Assembly: GCA_023645945.1 (NCBI GenBank) | Contig: JALAIB010000011.1 | Coordinates: 1-51,639, forward strand | Origin: Diploschistes diacapsis | Taxonomy: Eukaryota | Direction: 5' to 3' | DNA: 51,639 nt | Part shown: piece after piece, positions 48,576 through 51,639 of the stretch | Position numbering within the stretch: the stretch's first letter is position 1 | Layout of the letters: every line of letters begins with the position of its first letter | Position numbers and translations under genes: made by a program | Notes under the pieces: model-generated | The model's input: only the letters and a program-made list of their open reading frames with translations | Database searches by the model: none | Told to the model about the DNA's origin: nothing

Positions 48576-49714
48576 AGCGTTTATGACTCGACCTTTTTCG
48601 ATGCCGTTGGTCTTGGCCTCATTGCGGGTTGGGCAGATCTGCGACTTTAAACATACCGAACTACATCCAAGTCGTTGAAGCCATGGGAGTGTGGTGCCCT
48701 TTCTGAGGCATGGATCACAATCAATACCTACGGGGTCCACATATCTACTCGAGCTACAAATCATGCAGCAGCGAAGCCGGGAAAATCTTGGCGCATTGCG
48801 GTAATGCATCCAGAAGGGCGGTGATGGAAATATTGCTTGCAAAGGTTATTCGTCGCTGTACAATGTCGCTGCAGGTTTCGAAGAAGGAAAAAAGTTTTGC
48901 TACATTTGTTGCTGGATGTATCCGCACCGTGCTAGATCAGATATGTACTTTACTGCCAACTGCTTCAGATGGACATGAAGCGAGTGTGAAACAGGCAGTT
49001 CGACGTCGGAATCTCGACACGAGCACTTTCCATTTCCATCCTCGGACCTGAGCGCGGCCCTGAACCTCGCTGCTTCAACCTGAGATGTTCCTGCACGTGA
49101 CTGAGCATGGTGTAATTGGGTTAGTCTGGGTCAAGCTTCACCGTCATCCTACTCCCATTTGCAGTTCCGCATCGCCACGAGGACATTGAGCCAAAGTGCT
49201 TTATTGCTCAGGCATGTTGGCGCTTGCGCAGTTATTTTGACGGCAAAGGTAGATTCATGTAGACAGAATCAACGAAGAGCCGACAGCCTAGCTTTTTGTT
49301 ATTATTTTTTTTTTTCACAAGGTCGGCCACCCTCACTCCATGACACAGCTACCAGGTAGCCAAGATTGGACCATGAAGGGCGCGGTATCAAGTTTGCGAA
49401 GTCGTCTGCGCAGGCAGTTATTTAGGGCCAAATACCGGGCTCAACGGAGAAGGAAGGTTAGCCGAGTATAATACAACGGCATAACTATCTACTATAAATA
49501 AATTATGCCATTTTGGACTTTGGTAGTTACCTTAGGCTTGGCAGGCGTGGTGGGGCTGTGAATCCCCGCCTCTCTCTAACAATCGTACCGAAGCGAGAAA
49601 GCTATGGCAACCCGAGCTCTCCGCCAGGCCAGCTCCTCACTCTCACCGTGGATGGCCGCGTCTGCAACAGCCCAGACGGCACTCTCAACATCCAGAACCC
49701 TCGATTGACGCTAC

Positions 49715-51067
49715 CGCCCTCGCCGCACTGCAAGAGCAGATCCCCTCCGACTCGGAACACTCGATAACGGCGGCAGACCACTGTTCCACTTTGACCTCTT
49801 GCCACAAATCGAAGCGAACCCAGACGAGTGCACCGACTTGCTGCAGCCGTGGGCTAGACAACAACACCCGGCCGACGCGAAGGAGCCGTGGCTGGCCCTC
49901 TCCAGGCAATGGAATCGATGGAAAGAGTTCTGCGCCTGGCAGCTGCGCGGAAGGCGCAGGAGGTCCGCATTCGAAGAATACCTCGACGCAGAACGGCGCG
50001 ACTTCTTGATGCGTGGGGGTTTGGCCAAGTACGCAGGCAGGCCGGATTTCGAGCAGAGCGACCGCCTGAGCTGGGAGCGTGAGTACGACTACGACTACGA
50101 CTACGAGGACGAAAATGGCGAGGGCACGGCGGTCGAGAGGCATGCTGAGTGCGTGGGCAGATGGCTTGCACACCAGGGATTCGTCCCCCGGCGACCCTTG
50201 CGGCTGTTGGCGGTCCCGAAGGGGCAGGACCAGTGGACTACGTATGTTGAGTATCTCGCTTTCGAGGCGGAGTCGCTCCATGTGCTTGCTGAGGCTGCAC
50301 GAAAACTGGAGAAGAGGGCGAAGCACGCGACGGTTACCAGGGGAAATATCGCGCAGTCGAAGCTGCGGGTTGACCAGCAGCGGTTCAGGGTTGATTGGGT
50401 GTTGTCTGAGATAGAGAAGATCGAGGCGGAACTGAAGGCTGCTGCTGGCGAGAGCGGTGGCGGCAAGAGTGGAAGAAGCAGGAGAAGGAGGCGTACAGAC
50501 GAGGCCAGCGGACCACGGGAGGACATGGTGGGGCCGCGGTTGAGGAAGCCTAGGCGGACGAAGAATGCGGAAGAAACGGACAAGATGGATGAGACGCAGA
50601 AGATACCGGCTGAGAAGAGCGACAGCATATCACAGACAAGACGGAGCAAGAGACGCAAGCCCTCGACAGAGGCAGACGTGAAGGAGGGGGAGAATGACCG
50701 GGAACTGCAGTCGAAGAGAAGTAAGATAGTCAGCAGGAGTGACGGTCCAAGCAGTATTCCGCAACCGCGACCTTCCGATCATGAGGCGTCGGCGGTATCG
50801 GCAGTCGTCACCACTTCCAAGACCATGCTGTCCCGTCGTCGGCGGTCTAAGCGCATAACGACACCTTGCAAGACGGTACCAGTGGCATCGGATCCGCGTG
50901 AAGAGCGGCTAAAATCACTGCGACCGCGGGTCAATGGGAAGGTAACCACCGTTTCGACAGATTCAAGACGGTACAAGAGGGGCGAGAAGGTCTGGAGGTC
51001 GTCTACCACGCGTTGCTACTGCTGTTGCACGGAGCATATCCTAGTTTCGAGGGAATGGAAGCCGTGA
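49715..51067 (+). CDS. Hypothetical fungal protein with a basic low-complexity C-terminus; 5' end apparently disrupted
   Basis: Open frame with DNGGRPLFHFDLL, QWNRWKEFCAWQ and QDQWTTYVEYLAFE. The upstream in-frame ATG (49604) is followed by a TGA, so it may be a pseudogene. Confidence 0.5.
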   Translation, partial: RPRRTARADPLRLGTLDNGGRPLFHFDLLPQIEANPDECTDLLQPWARQQHPADAKEPWLALSRQWNRWKEFCAWQLRGRRRRSAFEEYLDAERRDFLMRGGLAKYAGRPDFEQSDRLSWEREYDYDYDYEDENGEGTAVERHAECVGRWLAHQGFVPRRPLRLLAVPKGQDQWTTYVEYLAFEAESLHVLAEAARKLEKRAKHATVTRGNIAQSKLRVDQQRFRVDWVLSEIEKIEAELKAAAGESGGGKSGRSRRRRRTDEASGPREDMVGPRLRKPRRTKNAEETDKMDETQKIPAEKSDSISQTRRSKRRKPSTEADVKEGENDRELQSKRSKIVSRSDGPSSIPQPRPSDHEASAVSAVVTTSKTMLSRRRRSKRITTPCKTVPVASDPREERLKSLRPRVNGKVTTVSTDSRRYKRGEKVWRSSTTRCYCCCTEHILVSREWKP

Positions 51068-51203
51068 GGTAACGGTTTTATTCAAGGGAGGTCATCTTTC
51101 TGCCTCTCGACGTTAAGTCTCTGTTAGGTGTGAACTTGTATTAGCGGCTAGCTTGGATAGGCTGGATAATAGACTGATTCCCGAGGCAAGATGCTGAATG
51201 TTA

Positions 51204-51639
51204 CAATCACGTCCCAAAAGTAATGGTCCCTCCACCAAAACACACCAAAATTTTCGCATTTCAGGAAGCTCCCAACTCATCAATTAAAGATTTTAGGAAT
51301 TGAAAAGATTACAAAAGACATTTAAAACTACGCTCAATATATATAAATTCTTTTAAAAAAATCCCGTGCGATATAGAGTGATTAATAACACATAACACGA
51401 TAAACTTCTGAAGTGTACCGCTGCCGCCAAAAATCGCGGCAGCGATACGTTCTCGATCTTTGAAACGTAATTACTTCCGTTATAGCTTTAATAATTTCAA
51501 AAAAAACAGTAGAATAAATATTCATCTTATTATAAAAAGCTTGAATATTTTTTTAGATTTTTAAAAGGCTTATGGGTGGTATAATAGCTCTATGAAATAG
51601 ACGCATTTTGGTGTAATTTGGGGGAGGGTCCATTACTTT
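51204..51639. mobile_element. Non-autonomous TIR element (MITE, Tc1/mariner-like), right end cut by the window
   Basis: 51217-51251 matches the reverse complement of 51605-51639 at 31/35 nt, with gap-free similarity extending to ~54 nt. The left end is TA|CAATCACGTCCCAAAAGTAATGG. The AT-rich interior has a central GC hairpin at 51415-51448. Confidence 0.75.

Noticed and set aside
51415..51460. GC hairpin as a Helitron 3' terminator
   Set aside because: No CTRR end follows on either strand, and the hairpin is better explained as the centre of the TIR element.

Overview
Intron-rich fungal (Pezizomycotina, possibly Lecanoromycetes or Eurotiomycetes) genomic window spanning the mating-type region. 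The conserved MAT neighbourhood is present in this order: RPL21/RPS9 (divergent), SLU7, REV3, NVJ2/TEX2-like, SLA2, the MAT idiomorph, APN2, COX13, APC5, CIA30, CAB2 and a RIM4-like RRM gene. The idiomorph is MAT1-1 only: an alpha-box MAT1-1-1 plus a divergently transcribed 6-exon auxiliary gene (~329 aa) that the ORF track fragments. A 170-bp tandem duplication lies between that gene and APN2. A ~14.6-kb accessory island separates SLU7 and REV3. It holds two PD-(D/E)XK-like genes, an AAA+ ATPase with a broken splice acceptor, an NLR N-terminal relic and several decayed repeat-protein genes, with a tRNA 3'-half/B-box at its right edge. Other oddities are an in-frame TAG near the end of the NVJ2-like gene followed by a protein-like tail, two GC-AG introns, an altered GYSGV motif in APN2, and a Tc1/mariner-like MITE with terminal inverted repeats cut by the window end. 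All gene models and family names come from manual reading and recalled motifs; no searches were run.
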